Below, piece after piece: positions 26,612-38,273 of a DNA stretch of 64,000 nt (its first letter is position 1; each line of letters begins with the position of its first letter). Origin of the DNA: Polyangiaceae bacterium (GTDB lineage: Bacteria; Myxococcota_A; Polyangia; Polyangiales; Polyangiaceae); the NCBI GenBank assembly GCA_044222475.1, contig JBGANF010000015.1, forward strand, positions 28,963 to 92,962, read 5' to 3'. The notes beneath the pieces were generated by a model, which made no database searches, was not told the origin of the DNA, and saw only the letters and a list, made by a program, of their open reading frames with translations. The position numbers were made by a program, and so were the translations under genes.

Positions 26612-26695
26612 CCGCGGTCCCCTGAAACCCTCAGCCCGGCCTCGACTCTTCGAGTCGCGTGCCGGCAAACGTCCCGAAAGTGAATCCATCTGCAC

Positions 26696-28486
<1,791 letters not shown>

Positions 28487-28506
28487 TCGCCTTCGCTCTA
28501 GGAGAA

Positions 28507-28550
28507 GACGGCGGCCGGTGCGCACTGCGCATCGGCCGTTCGTCATTTTC
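28507..28550 (+). terminator. Intrinsic terminator after rpsA
   Basis: GACGGCGGCCGGTGCGC...GCGCATCGGCCGTTCGTC hairpin followed by ATTTTC. Confidence 0.7.
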
Positions 28551-28568
28551 CTGCTATGAATCCGCGCG

Positions 28569-29063
28569 ATGGCATCGCCGATCTGGGCGCCCTGGCGCAT
28601 GGAGTACATCCTCGGTCCGAAGACCGACGGCGGATGCATCTTCTGTGCGTTTCCCGAGCGCAATCGGCACGCCGAGGACCTCGTCCTGTGCACGACGAAC
28701 GAGGCGTTCGTCTGCCTCAACAAGTACCCGTTCGCGGCCGGGCACCTGCTCGTCGTCCCGCGCAGGCACGCCGGCGATTTCGGTGACCTCGGCGAAGAAG
28801 AGTCCGACGCGCTCTTTCGCCTGCTCCGCGCGACGGTGGCTCGCCTCCGGCGGGCGACGAACGCGCAGGGCATCAACGTCGGCTTCAACCTCGGCAAAGC
28901 GGCCGGCGCCGGCATCGCCGAGCACCTTCACGCTCACGTCGTACCAAGGTGGGACGGCGACACGAACTTCATGCCCGTCCTCGCCGACGTGCGCGTCATG
29001 CCGGAGCACCTGAAGGACACCTACCAGCGCCTCGCCCCGCACTTTCAGGACCTGGCCGGATGA
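28569..29063 (+). CDS. HIT family nucleotide hydrolase
   Basis: WAPWRMEYI, CIFC, NKYPFAAGH and HLHAHVVPRW. Confidence 0.93.
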   Translation: MASPIWAPWRMEYILGPKTDGGCIFCAFPERNRHAEDLVLCTTNEAFVCLNKYPFAAGHLLVVPRRHAGDFGDLGEEESDALFRLLRATVARLRRATNAQGINVGFNLGKAAGAGIAEHLHAHVVPRWDGDTNFMPVLADVRVMPEHLKDTYQRLAPHFQDLAG

Positions 29064-30334
29064 GCGACGACCTCCTCGTCCCGAAGAAGTGGCGCAAGCC
29101 GCTCCTCCTCGCGATCAGCGCGGTGGTCGTCGTCGGGGTCATGGTGCTCGCGCACGAGGTCATGGCGCCGTTCGTCATGGCCCTCGTGATCGCGTACGTG
29201 CTCACCCCCGCAGTCGGCTTCGTCGAGCGGCGGGTCAAGCGCCGCGGGCTCGCGATCGTCATCGTGTACGTCGCAGTGCTCGGCTCGATCGGGCTGTTCG
29301 TGCGCCTCGCCGCGCCGCGCATCGGCCAGGAGCTCTCCAGCCTCGGGACCGAGGCGAAGAAGAACGCTCTCGTCGCGAAGGCCGAGTGGATCCCCGGCGC
29401 GCAGACGAAGCTCGAGCAGCTCGGCATGGCCGGCGGCAGTACGGCCGACCCGGACAAGCCGCCGGAGCCCGCCGTCGTCGTCCATCCGCAGCCCGACGGG
29501 TCGTACTCGATCGACGTCGGCTCCGGCTTCCAGATCGAGGAGAAGGGGCAGAGCGGCTACGTCGTGACGCCGCGCGAGCCCGAGGGTGGCAAGCTCGATC
29601 TCAACAAGCTCGCCGACGAGGCGATCGCGAAGAGCGTCGTGTACCTCCAGTCGAACGCGGTCGAGCTCGTGAAGTTCGGAGGCAACCTCGTGGCCTCGAT
29701 CTCGCGGGCGATCTTCGTGTTCGGCATCACGCTCATGCTGGCCGCGTACCTCATGCTCACGCGCGAGAAGATCATCGCGTTCTTCGCGTCGCTCATCCGG
29801 CCGGAGGCGCGTGCCGATTTCGACGCGCTGCTCGCGCGCGTCGACCGCGGCCTGTCCGGCGTCGTCCGCGGGCAGCTGATCATCTGCCTCGTCAACGGCG
29901 CGCTCACCGCGATCGGTTTCGCGCTCGTCGGCCTGAAGTACTGGCCGGTGCTCGCGCTCATCGCGACCGTGCTGTCGCTCATCCCGATCTTCGGCGTCAT
30001 CGTGAGCTCGGTGCCGGCGGTGGCGATCGGCCTCACCCAGAGCCCCGGCATCGCGGCCTTCGTCCTGGGGTGGATCATCGTCATCCACCAGATCGAGGCG
30101 AACTTCCTGAACCCCAAAATCATGGGCGATGCGGCGAAGCTCCACCCGGTGCTCGTGATCTTCTCGCTCATCGTGGGCGAGCACTTCTTCCACGCGATCG
30201 GCGCGCTCCTGGCGGTACCCACGATGTCCATCGCCCAGAGCCTGTTTCTCCACTTCCGCGCAGTGGTCGAGGAGCGCGACACCCGGCAGACGGATCCCCC
30301 GCCGCCCGTGGACACGAAGCAGGCTTCGGGGTAG
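29060..30334 (+). CDS. AI-2E family transporter
   Basis: APFVMALVIAYVLTP, VRGQLII and QIEANFLNPKIMG...LHP. Confidence 0.92.
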   Translation: MSDDLLVPKKWRKPLLLAISAVVVVGVMVLAHEVMAPFVMALVIAYVLTPAVGFVERRVKRRGLAIVIVYVAVLGSIGLFVRLAAPRIGQELSSLGTEAKKNALVAKAEWIPGAQTKLEQLGMAGGSTADPDKPPEPAVVVHPQPDGSYSIDVGSGFQIEEKGQSGYVVTPREPEGGKLDLNKLADEAIAKSVVYLQSNAVELVKFGGNLVASISRAIFVFGITLMLAAYLMLTREKIIAFFASLIRPEARADFDALLARVDRGLSGVVRGQLIICLVNGALTAIGFALVGLKYWPVLALIATVLSLIPIFGVIVSSVPAVAIGLTQSPGIAAFVLGWIIVIHQIEANFLNPKIMGDAAKLHPVLVIFSLIVGEHFFHAIGALLAVPTMSIAQSLFLHFRAVVEERDTRQTDPPPPVDTKQASG

Positions 30335-30345
30335 ACGAGGGGCGC

Positions 30346-31281
30346 GTGGCCGAGCTCGACAAGTCGCCGAAGGCGAAGAAGAAGAAGAACAGCGCCGCCG
30401 CGGTGCAGCAGGAGCTCCGCGACCTGGCGAAGCCGGCCCCCGGGCAGGAGCGGCCGCCGCTCGACATGCAGAAGCTCTACCAGCGCGCCGGGCTCCTCGT
30501 GGCCGGCCTCTGGGCGCTTTCCATCGCCACGTGGTCGTGGCTCCACCAGCTCTGGCCGCTGTACGTGGCGGGGACCCTCACCGCCGTCATCGCCGGCGGC
30601 GGCTGGTGGTTCATCAACTACGTCAAGAAGAACGAGCAGCTCGCGGGCATCGTGCGCGGCGCCGAGACGGCCGACGGTCGCAAGGAAGCGCTCAAGCGCC
30701 TCGAGACCGACTTCAAGAAGGGCGACGTGAGCGCCACGATGGCGCGCGCTCAGATCGAGATGCAGGAGGACCCGCGCAAGGCGCTTGAGACCCTCGAGAC
30801 GATCGACCTCAACAAGATCACCCTCGCGCCGATGGCTGATCAAGTGCGCGCGATCCGCGCGCAGCTCCACTTGTCGCTCGGAGAGGTGTCGGCCGCGCGC
30901 GCCCTGGCCGACAAGCTCGAGCTCGGTAAGCAAGAGGACCAGAAGACGCGTGTCATGTTCGCGACGGTCGCCGGCGAGGCGTGGGCCCGCAGCGGAGCGG
31001 CCAAGAAGGCGATCGAGACGCTCGAGCTCTTCAACCCCGACGATCCCGAGAACGCCGAGGCCCGCGTCCAGATGTGGCGCGCCCGCGCGTTCGCGTACGC
31101 GGCTACGAACGACATGAAGGCGGTCGACCGCGCGCTGAAGAAGCTCGCCGACGCGAACCCGCATCTTCTCGCCATGTTCATCGGCCAGAAGAAGATTCAC
31201 CCGCTCCTCGAGCGCGCGGCCAAGCAGCTCCTCATGAGGAGCGGCGCCGTCCAGCGCAAGATGGTTCGCCAGAAGATGTAG
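30346..31281 (+). CDS. Membrane-anchored TPR-like protein
   Basis: GTG start, two TM helices, then helical repeats. Confidence 0.75.
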   Translation: MAELDKSPKAKKKKNSAAAVQQELRDLAKPAPGQERPPLDMQKLYQRAGLLVAGLWALSIATWSWLHQLWPLYVAGTLTAVIAGGGWWFINYVKKNEQLAGIVRGAETADGRKEALKRLETDFKKGDVSATMARAQIEMQEDPRKALETLETIDLNKITLAPMADQVRAIRAQLHLSLGEVSAARALADKLELGKQEDQKTRVMFATVAGEAWARSGAAKKAIETLELFNPDDPENAEARVQMWRARAFAYAATNDMKAVDRALKKLADANPHLLAMFIGQKKIHPLLERAAKQLLMRSGAVQRKMVRQKM

Positions 31282-31343
31282 TTTCCGCGCAACCCGGCGC
31301 GCCCGCGTCCGAAAGGAGGTCACGAACCCCTGGAGGCACGGTC

Positions 31344-32132
31344 ATGGCGGACACGAAGGTCGACGGCAACTCGTCGCGGTACACGGATGCGGACTTGGAT
31401 CGTTGGGCCGGGCACGAGGACGTGTCCACCAACACGGCGGCGAACCAGCTGCGGCATGCGGCCGGGATGAAGACCGACGTTCGCCTGGGAGCGGACGACA
31501 AGACCATCCACGAGACCATCGAGGAGCAGGAGTCGATGGGGGGTAGCAAAGGCGCAGCTCAGGGCGGCGTGACGTTCGCCGAGCTCGCCGCCGTCGCCTT
31601 CGAAGGAGCTGCAGCCGGTGCGCTTCTCGAGCTCGGCGCCGCAGTGGGCGAGGTGTTCATCTTCGGCAAGGAGCTGATCGATGCGGAGCAACGCGGTGTC
31701 GCCGTCGAACGTGACGCGACGCGCGCCGGCCTTCTCGCGAACCTCGACCTGCCGCAGAGCTACAAGAGCGAGCTCATGGCCCGCCTCAGCACGAAGTACA
31801 CCGACGGTTGGGCGTCGGGCGCGCAGAAGATCGGCGAGGCGGGGAGGAATACGGTGGAAGGCCGCCAGGCGATGGCGCTCGCGCAGATCCACGCCGACCA
31901 GGGCGCGAACGCGTGTGCGGCGATGCTCGATGCGAAGATGGACCGCGCCGCGTTCGTCAAAGCTCACCCCGAGGTGGGCGCGAAGTACGCGACCGATCCG
32001 GCGTTCCGGATGGGCTTCGATGCGCTCGAGTTCGCCCATACCCATGATGCTGCAGAATACAAGCAAGCGCGCGCCGGTCTCGACGCGCGTGACGCTCGCT
32101 ACGACGCGCATCACGTCCAGGTGCGGCTATGA
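31344..32132 (+). CDS. Hypothetical protein with central Gly/Ala-rich hydrophobic segment
   Basis: GGAGG RBS; MADTKVDGNSS...; no signal peptide. Confidence 0.7.
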   Translation: MADTKVDGNSSRYTDADLDRWAGHEDVSTNTAANQLRHAAGMKTDVRLGADDKTIHETIEEQESMGGSKGAAQGGVTFAELAAVAFEGAAAGALLELGAAVGEVFIFGKELIDAEQRGVAVERDATRAGLLANLDLPQSYKSELMARLSTKYTDGWASGAQKIGEAGRNTVEGRQAMALAQIHADQGANACAAMLDAKMDRAAFVKAHPEVGAKYATDPAFRMGFDALEFAHTHDAAEYKQARAGLDARDARYDAHHVQVRL

Positions 32133-32446
32133 GCTCGAACACGAAGAAGCACCTCGCAGCCATCTCGGCGATGCTCGTCGTGCGGTCCGTCATGCTCACA
32201 GTGATGTTCGACGGACCGCGTGCGTCGCTCCAAGACGGTCTGTTCCTCTTCGCCTCCGGCGCTGGGTACGTCGTCGCTGCGATCGGGCTCGCGGTCGCCC
32301 TGATGGGCGTGAGCCGGTGGTGGGTCGGTTGGCTCGCCGCTTGGCAGGCGCGCCGCTTGCCGGCCAAAGTCGCGGCGTTCGAGGCGAAGCTCGCCCAGCG
32401 ACTCGCACGGCCGGTCGAGTCGGCGCCGCGCCAGCCGTACCGTTGA
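32129..32446 (+). CDS. Small membrane protein
   Basis: ATGA overlap with the upstream gene; two hydrophobic segments. Confidence 0.6.
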   Translation: MSSNTKKHLAAISAMLVVRSVMLTVMFDGPRASLQDGLFLFASGAGYVVAAIGLAVALMGVSRWWVGWLAAWQARRLPAKVAAFEAKLAQRLARPVESAPRQPYR

Positions 32447-34450
32447 CTAGGTTCCGATCCCCACCAGCGACGCCCGCGCCACCGGGCGCAGCGTCACCTC
32501 GGGGAGCAGCTCCGCGAAGCTCACGACGTGGACCTCGGGCATCTCCACGTCGATGAGCTTGCGCACGAAACGACGGATGTCCGGTTGGGTCAACAGCACG
32601 GTCTGCGCGTCGCCGTCGGCTGCCTTCGCCTCGCCGACGGCGCGCCGAATCGACGCGATGACGTCGCGCGCGGCCGCTGGCGGCAGCGTGAGGAACGCAC
32701 CGTTCGGCGTGCGCGTCACCGCGCGGCGCACGGTGTCCTCGATCATCGGGTCGAGCGTGATCACCGCGAGGTGAGCGGCTCCACGCGTGAGCCGGTAGGT
32801 GATCGCGCGCCGGAACTGGGCGCGCACGTACTCGGTGAGGTTGAGCGGGTCCTTGTCCTGCGCGCCGACCGTCGCGAGCGCTTCGAGGATGGCGCGGAGA
32901 TCGCGCACGCCGACGTGCTCCTCGACGAGCCGCCGTAGGATGTCGGCGAGGAGCTGGAGCGACACCGGCTTCGGCACCACGTTGCGCACGACCGCGGGCG
33001 AGAACTGCTCGAGCTCGTCGAGCAGCCGTTGCGTCTCCGCCATGCCGAGGAAGTCGGCGGCGCGGTTGCGGAGGAGCTCCGCGGCCGCTCGGCTGACGAA
33101 CGGGACGACGTCGTCCTCCTCGAGATCCTTCGGGAGCGCGAACAGCTTCGCCGGGACCTCGTGCAGCGCGACGAGGACGTGGCGAGACGGGAGCCCGACC
33201 ATCGCGCGCACGCGCGGCGCCGGCAACGGGACGCCCAGCTCGGCGAAGATCGTCTCGCGCAGGGTCAGAAGTGCGGCGCGCAGGCCGGGCTTGTCGCCGC
33301 CGTCGAGGATCGGCGCGAGGTCCTCGCTGACGTCGACGCTCCACGGCGTGACGATGGGAGTGAACGTCGGCCCGCGCTTCTGCGTCGTCGGTTGGGCGGC
33401 CGCCGGCTCCTCGGCGCGTCGCTCTTCCTGAGCGAGGCTCTTCGTGCGCGCGCGCGCGACGAAGAAGAGCGCGCCCGCCAGCACGACGAACGGTGCGGTC
33501 GGCAGCCCGGGCACGATCGCGAGCAGCGCGATGAAGACCGCCGCGACCATGAGCGCCTTCGGCGTACCGAAGAGCTGCCGCCCGAGCTCCTCGCCCAGGG
33601 GAGTGTCGGGCTCTTCGCTCGCGGTGCGCGTGACGAGCACGCCGGCCGCGGTCGAGAGGACGAGCGCCGGGATCTGGGACACGAGCCCGTCACCGATGGT
33701 GAGCAGACCGTACCGTTTCAGCGCGACGACGACCGGTAGACCCTTCTGCGCGACGCCGATCGCCAGGCCGCCGAGGATGTTGATGACGGTGATGATGAGC
33801 GACGCGATGACGTCGCCCTTGACGAACTTCATCGCGCCGTCCATCGAGCCGTAGAACTGGCTCTCGCGCGCGAGGGCGCGGCGACGACGTCGCGCTTCGT
33901 TGCCGTCGATCGTGCCGGAGCGGAGCTCGGCGTCGATGGCCATCTGCTTGCCGGGCATCGCGTCGAGCACGAAGCGTGCTCCGACCTCGGCGACGCGCTC
34001 GCCGCCTTTGGCGATCACGACGAACTGGATGATCGTGAGGATGAGGAACACGACCGCGCCGACGACGTAGTTGCCGCGCACGACGAAGCTGCCGAACGCC
34101 TTGATGACCTCGCCGGCGTCGGCCTGGAGCAGGATGAGCCGCGCCGACGACACGTTGAGCGCGAGGCGGAACAGCGTCGTGAGGAGGAGGACCGTCGGGA
34201 ACGTGGCGATGGCCAGCGCGTCGGGCACGTAGAGGACGACCAGCAGGATGGCGACCGACAGCGACAGGTTCGTCGCGAGGAGGATGTCCAGCAGCCAGGT
34301 CGGCAGCGGGACGATCATCATCGCCACGACCGACACGACGAGGACGGCGAGGCCGATATCGGCTACGCCGATCCTGGATCCCGGCTTGCCGCCACCCGCT
34401 CCAAAGAGGCGCTGCGCGGTACGCGCCGCCGGTCCTGATGTTCCCGCCAC
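32447..34450 (-). CDS. sctV: Type III secretion export gate SctV (FlhA/LcrD, FHIPEP family)
   Basis: FPTVLLLTTLFRLALNVSS, ERVAEVGARFVLDAMPGKQMAIDA, FYGSMDGAMKFVKGD and TIGDGLVSQIP. Confidence 0.93.
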   Translation of the reverse strand: MAGTSGPAARTAQRLFGAGGGKPGSRIGVADIGLAVLVVSVVAMMIVPLPTWLLDILLATNLSLSVAILLVVLYVPDALAIATFPTVLLLTTLFRLALNVSSARLILLQADAGEVIKAFGSFVVRGNYVVGAVVFLILTIIQFVVIAKGGERVAEVGARFVLDAMPGKQMAIDAELRSGTIDGNEARRRRRALARESQFYGSMDGAMKFVKGDVIASLIITVINILGGLAIGVAQKGLPVVVALKRYGLLTIGDGLVSQIPALVLSTAAGVLVTRTASEEPDTPLGEELGRQLFGTPKALMVAAVFIALLAIVPGLPTAPFVVLAGALFFVARARTKSLAQEERRAEEPAAAQPTTQKRGPTFTPIVTPWSVDVSEDLAPILDGGDKPGLRAALLTLRETIFAELGVPLPAPRVRAMVGLPSRHVLVALHEVPAKLFALPKDLEEDDVVPFVSRAAAELLRNRAADFLGMAETQRLLDELEQFSPAVVRNVVPKPVSLQLLADILRRLVEEHVGVRDLRAILEALATVGAQDKDPLNLTEYVRAQFRRAITYRLTRGAAHLAVITLDPMIEDTVRRAVTRTPNGAFLTLPPAAARDVIASIRRAVGEAKAADGDAQTVLLTQPDIRRFVRKLIDVEMPEVHVVSFAELLPEVTLRPVARASLVGIGT

Positions 34451-34512
34451 GGGCCGAGGTTAGTCGAAAAAGAGGGGGTGTGGGCGAGGGTCGTTTATAC
34501 TGGTCGCCCGCA

Positions 34513-35319
34513 ATGTCGCTTCGCCGCCGATCCAGCCAGGGAATCCCGAGCGTCCGGATCCCCATCCTGCAGGTGACGGGGCATGGGCACACCGACGTCG
34601 GGCGGCGCCGCACCTCGAACGAGGACGCGTTCTACCTCGACGACCGACTCGGTCTCTACGTCGTGGCCGACGGCATGGGCGGTCACGCCGCGGGCGAGGT
34701 CGCGAGCCAGGAAGCCGTGGAGACCGTCTACGGCATGGTCAAGCGAGGGGTGAAGGATCTCGGGGTCCTCGTCGATCCTCTCGACGAGCAGGTCGCCCGC
34801 AAGGCCCAGCGCCTCCTCGAGAGCGCGATTCAGGCGGCCACCTACATGGTGTTCTCCATCGCGGAGCTCGACAAGGGCAAGACCGGCATGGGCACCACCA
34901 TCAGCGCGCTGCTGGTGCTCGGCACCTACGCGGTCACCGGCCAGGTCGGCGACAGCCGCATCTACAAGACCAGCGGCGACACGGTGGAGCAGCTCACCGA
35001 AGACCACACCTTGATCGCCTGGCAGATCAAACAGGGCCTCATCACGCCGGCCGAGGCCAAGATGTCGCCGCACCGCAACGTCATCACGCGGGCGGTCGGC
35101 AACCGCGAGTACGTCGAGGTCGACACGCGGCTCGTCCCGTTGAGGCGCGGCGATCGGCTGCTGCTCTGCAGCGACGGCCTCCACGGGTACCTGCGCGACT
35201 CGGACGTCGCCCCGATCATCGCCCTCGGCGGCGAGGCGGGCGTGAAGAAGTTCATCGACCTCGCCAACGAGCGCGGCGGCAAGGACAACATCACCGCGAT
35301 CATCGTTCAGATTGATTGA
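34513..35319 (+). CDS. PP2C-type Ser/Thr phosphatase
   Basis: TDVGRRRTSNED, VADGMGGH, GMGTT, VGDSR, LLCSDGL and GGKDNIT. Confidence 0.95.
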   Translation: MSLRRRSSQGIPSVRIPILQVTGHGHTDVGRRRTSNEDAFYLDDRLGLYVVADGMGGHAAGEVASQEAVETVYGMVKRGVKDLGVLVDPLDEQVARKAQRLLESAIQAATYMVFSIAELDKGKTGMGTTISALLVLGTYAVTGQVGDSRIYKTSGDTVEQLTEDHTLIAWQIKQGLITPAEAKMSPHRNVITRAVGNREYVEVDTRLVPLRRGDRLLLCSDGLHGYLRDSDVAPIIALGGEAGVKKFIDLANERGGKDNITAIIVQID

Positions 35320-35468
35320 TCGAAAGTTGTCCGTTTCGAGTCCGAGCTGGTAGCGAGTGGGCATGCTTCGGGTCTTCGTGTCCGGGCGGACACGGTCGGC
35401 GGCGAAGCCCGTTCGTAACTAGCTGAAATCGTTGGGCCTCGAAGGTGGTCCGCTTCGTGTAAGACGAG

Positions 35469-36536
35469 GTGGACATGAACCTCCGAAAGAAGCCCGACGG
35501 GACCCGAGGAAAGAGGACGGCGATGGAACGACGAAGGCGCGTGGGGGTCATCATGGGAGGCTTCAGCGCCGAGCGAGACGTGTCGCTCCGCACCGGCGAG
35601 GGCGTCGCGCGCGCCCTCGAGGAGCGCGGGCACCAGGTCGCTCGGATCGCGTTCGGCCCTCAGACCCGCGGAATCGACGAGCTCGTTCGCGACGCCAAGA
35701 TCGACGTCGCGTTCCTCGCCCTCCACGGTCGCGGCGGCGAGGACGGCTGCATCCAGGGCATGCTCGAGCTGCTCCGTGTGCCGTACACCGGCTCCAGCGT
35801 GCTCGGGTCGGCGCTCGCGATGGACAAGCTGAAGGCGAAGGAGCTCTTCCGCCTGCACAACGTGCCGACGCCGCCGTACTACGTGATCACCAAGGACGAT
35901 CTCGACGACCTCGACGATCTCCACGGGAGCTTCGGCTTCCCGGTGATCGTCAAGCCGTGCTCCGAGGGGTCGAGCGTCGGCATGACGAAGGCCCACAGCA
36001 TCTCCGAGCTGGCCGCCGGTGCGGCCGAAGCGCTCCGCCACGACGACCGCGTCCTCGTCGAGCGCTTCGTCAAAGCGATGGAAGTCCACGTCGGCATCCT
36101 CGACGGCCGAGTCCTCGGCGCGATCGAGGTCGTGCCGAAGAGCGGGCTCTACGACTACGCCGCGAAGTACACCGCCGGCGCGACCGAGTACATCTGCCCC
36201 CCGCGGCTCGCGAGCACGCGCGCTCGCGGTGTCATGATGCTCGCCGAGCGCGCTGCGCGCGCGCTCCGCACGAGCGGCGCTTGCCGCGTCGACCTCCTCG
36301 TGACCGAAGGCGAGAACGAGTACGTCCTCGAGGTGAACACCCTGCCGGGGATGACTCCGACGTCGCTCCTCCCGAAGATCGCTGCTCACGCGGGGATCGA
36401 CTACGGGACGCTCTGCGAGTCGATCCTCGCCGGCGCCAAGCTGCACGCTGGTCTGCCCACGGGAAGCACCGAGGAGACGAAGCGCGCCGCCACCCCGCCG
36501 GAGACGGTCATCCCCCTCCGCCGCGCCGCCGGCTGA
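35469..36536 (+). CDS. ddl: D-alanine--D-alanine ligase
   Basis: GGFSAERDVSL, LHGRGGEDG, YTGS, GSSVG and EVNTLPGMT; true start may be a later Met. Confidence 0.95.
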   Translation: MDMNLRKKPDGTRGKRTAMERRRRVGVIMGGFSAERDVSLRTGEGVARALEERGHQVARIAFGPQTRGIDELVRDAKIDVAFLALHGRGGEDGCIQGMLELLRVPYTGSSVLGSALAMDKLKAKELFRLHNVPTPPYYVITKDDLDDLDDLHGSFGFPVIVKPCSEGSSVGMTKAHSISELAAGAAEALRHDDRVLVERFVKAMEVHVGILDGRVLGAIEVVPKSGLYDYAAKYTAGATEYICPPRLASTRARGVMMLAERAARALRTSGACRVDLLVTEGENEYVLEVNTLPGMTPTSLLPKIAAHAGIDYGTLCESILAGAKLHAGLPTGSTEETKRAATPPETVIPLRRAAG

Positions 36537-36540
36537 AGAC

Positions 36541-36744
36541 TCAGTCGCGGAGCAGCAGCGCCGCGAGCTCTGCGAAGCGCGCTTCCTCTTCGTCGTCGCG
36601 CTTGGCTTCACCCTTCGCGTCCAGCGCGCGGAACTCCTCGTCGGCGGTGGCGAACTCCGCCATCGAGAGCTTTCGCGTCTTCTTCCCGAAGTACGCGTGC
36701 ATTTCCTGGTAGTCGAGGAAGCGGCGATGTTGGGTGGGATCCAC
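36541..36744 (-). CDS. Small hypothetical protein (67 aa)
   Basis: Fills the gap between ddl and the ABC operon; high GC3. Confidence 0.65.
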   Translation of the reverse strand: MDPTQHRRFLDYQEMHAYFGKKTRKLSMAEFATADEEFRALDAKGEAKRDDEEEARFAELAALLLRD

Positions 36745-36794
36745 GCGCTCTTTTCGCGCCAGTCACGTCCGAGCGCAAGTGATACCGTGCGCCC

Positions 36795-38273
36795 GTGGCC
36801 CAGCTCCGGACGCGCGACCTCGAGAAGCGTTTCGGCGATCACGTCGCCGTGCGCGGCGCCAGTGTCACGTTCGAGCCCGGGCAGATCCACGCGGTCGTGG
36901 GCGAGAACGGGGCAGGGAAGAGCACCCTCCTCAACATGGCGGCGGGCCTCCTCGTGCCGGACCGCGGCGTCGTCGAGGTCGACGGAAAGCCGCTGCGGCC
37001 CCACACCGCCGCCGAGGCGATCGCGCGCGGCGTCGGCCTGGTGGCCCAGCACTTCCAGCTCATCGAGGCGCTGACCGCGCTCGAGAACGTCGTCCTCGGA
37101 GTGGAGCCGCTACGATACGGATTCGTCCTCGACGAGCCCACCGCTCGGAAGCGCCTCCGCGCCGTCGCGCGCGAGCTCGACATGGAGGTCCCCGAGGACG
37201 AGCTCGTCGCCGATCTCGACGTGGGCGCGCGCCAGCGGCTCGAGATCGCGCGCGTGCTCTTTCGCGACGCGCAGATCGTCATCCTCGACGAGCCGACCGC
37301 GGTGCTCACGCCGCAGGAGTCCACGGCGCTCTACGAGCGGCTGCGGGGGCTCGCGACGCGCGGGCGCGCCGTCGTCGTCGTGACGCACAAGCTCGACGAG
37401 GTCATCGCCCACGCCGACGTCGCGACGGTGCTGCGGCGCGGAGCGATCGTGGCCACCCGATCGATCGAGAAGACCGCGGAAATGCGCGCGCTGCTCAACG
37501 CCGACGTCATGGGTCACGGGGCGAGCGACGAGGCGCTCGCAAAGGCGGCTCCCAAGGACGACGTCGCGCTTCGCCTCGACGCGGTTCGACGCGGGCGGCT
37601 CGGTCCGATCTCGCTCTCGGTTCGCGCCGGAGAGATCGTCGGCGTCGCCGGGATCGAAGGGAGCGGCCAGCGCGAGCTCTTCGAGGTGCTCGGTGGCCTG
37701 GCCTCGCCCGACGCAGGAGCGATGGAAGCTCGAGACGGCGTCAGCGTGCTCCACGGCGACCGTCACGAGGAGGGCCTCGTCCTCGACGCGACGCTGGAAG
37801 ACAACGTGCTCCTCGGCGAGCTCGGACGCTTCGCGAAGGGGCCGCTCTTGGATCTCACGGCGGTCGCTCGCGAGGCCGATCGTCGCCTCGGCGCGTCCGG
37901 CGCGACGCCGAAAGCGCGCGACGTCCTCGCCCGCGCGTTGTCGGGTGGCAACCAGCAGAAGATCGTCGTCGAGCGCGCGCTCGCGCGGACGGTCGCCGGC
38001 GGCGGGACGCGTCGAGTGCTCTGCATCGCCCATCCGACGCGAGGCGTGGACATCGGCGCCCAAGCGGAGATCCACGCGCGGCTGGTGGAAGCGGCGCGCG
38101 CGGGATGCGCGCTCCTCGTCGCGAGCTCCGATCTCGACGAGCTGCGGCTCCTCTGCCATCGCCTCGTCGTGCTCGAGAACGGCAAGCTCCGCGGCGAGCT
38201 TCCGCCGACGGCCACCAACGAGGAGATCGGAGCGCGCATGCTCGGCGGCGCCTCGGCGGAGGCTCCGCGATGA
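36795..38273 (+). CDS. CUT2/nucleoside-type ABC transporter, double ATPase
   Basis: GENGAGKST, LDEPTAVLTP, LSGGNQQK and PTRGVDIGA. Confidence 0.93.
   Translation: MAQLRTRDLEKRFGDHVAVRGASVTFEPGQIHAVVGENGAGKSTLLNMAAGLLVPDRGVVEVDGKPLRPHTAAEAIARGVGLVAQHFQLIEALTALENVVLGVEPLRYGFVLDEPTARKRLRAVARELDMEVPEDELVADLDVGARQRLEIARVLFRDAQIVILDEPTAVLTPQESTALYERLRGLATRGRAVVVVTHKLDEVIAHADVATVLRRGAIVATRSIEKTAEMRALLNADVMGHGASDEALAKAAPKDDVALRLDAVRRGRLGPISLSVRAGEIVGVAGIEGSGQRELFEVLGGLASPDAGAMEARDGVSVLHGDRHEEGLVLDATLEDNVLLGELGRFAKGPLLDLTAVAREADRRLGASGATPKARDVLARALSGGNQQKIVVERALARTVAGGGTRRVLCIAHPTRGVDIGAQAEIHARLVEAARAGCALLVASSDLDELRLLCHRLVVLENGKLRGELPPTATNEEIGARMLGGASAEAPR

Noticed and set aside
32447..34450. Flagellar locus
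   Set aside because: No other flagellar genes are present, and FlhA vs SctV cannot be settled without phylogeny; SctV is preferred from the myxobacterial context
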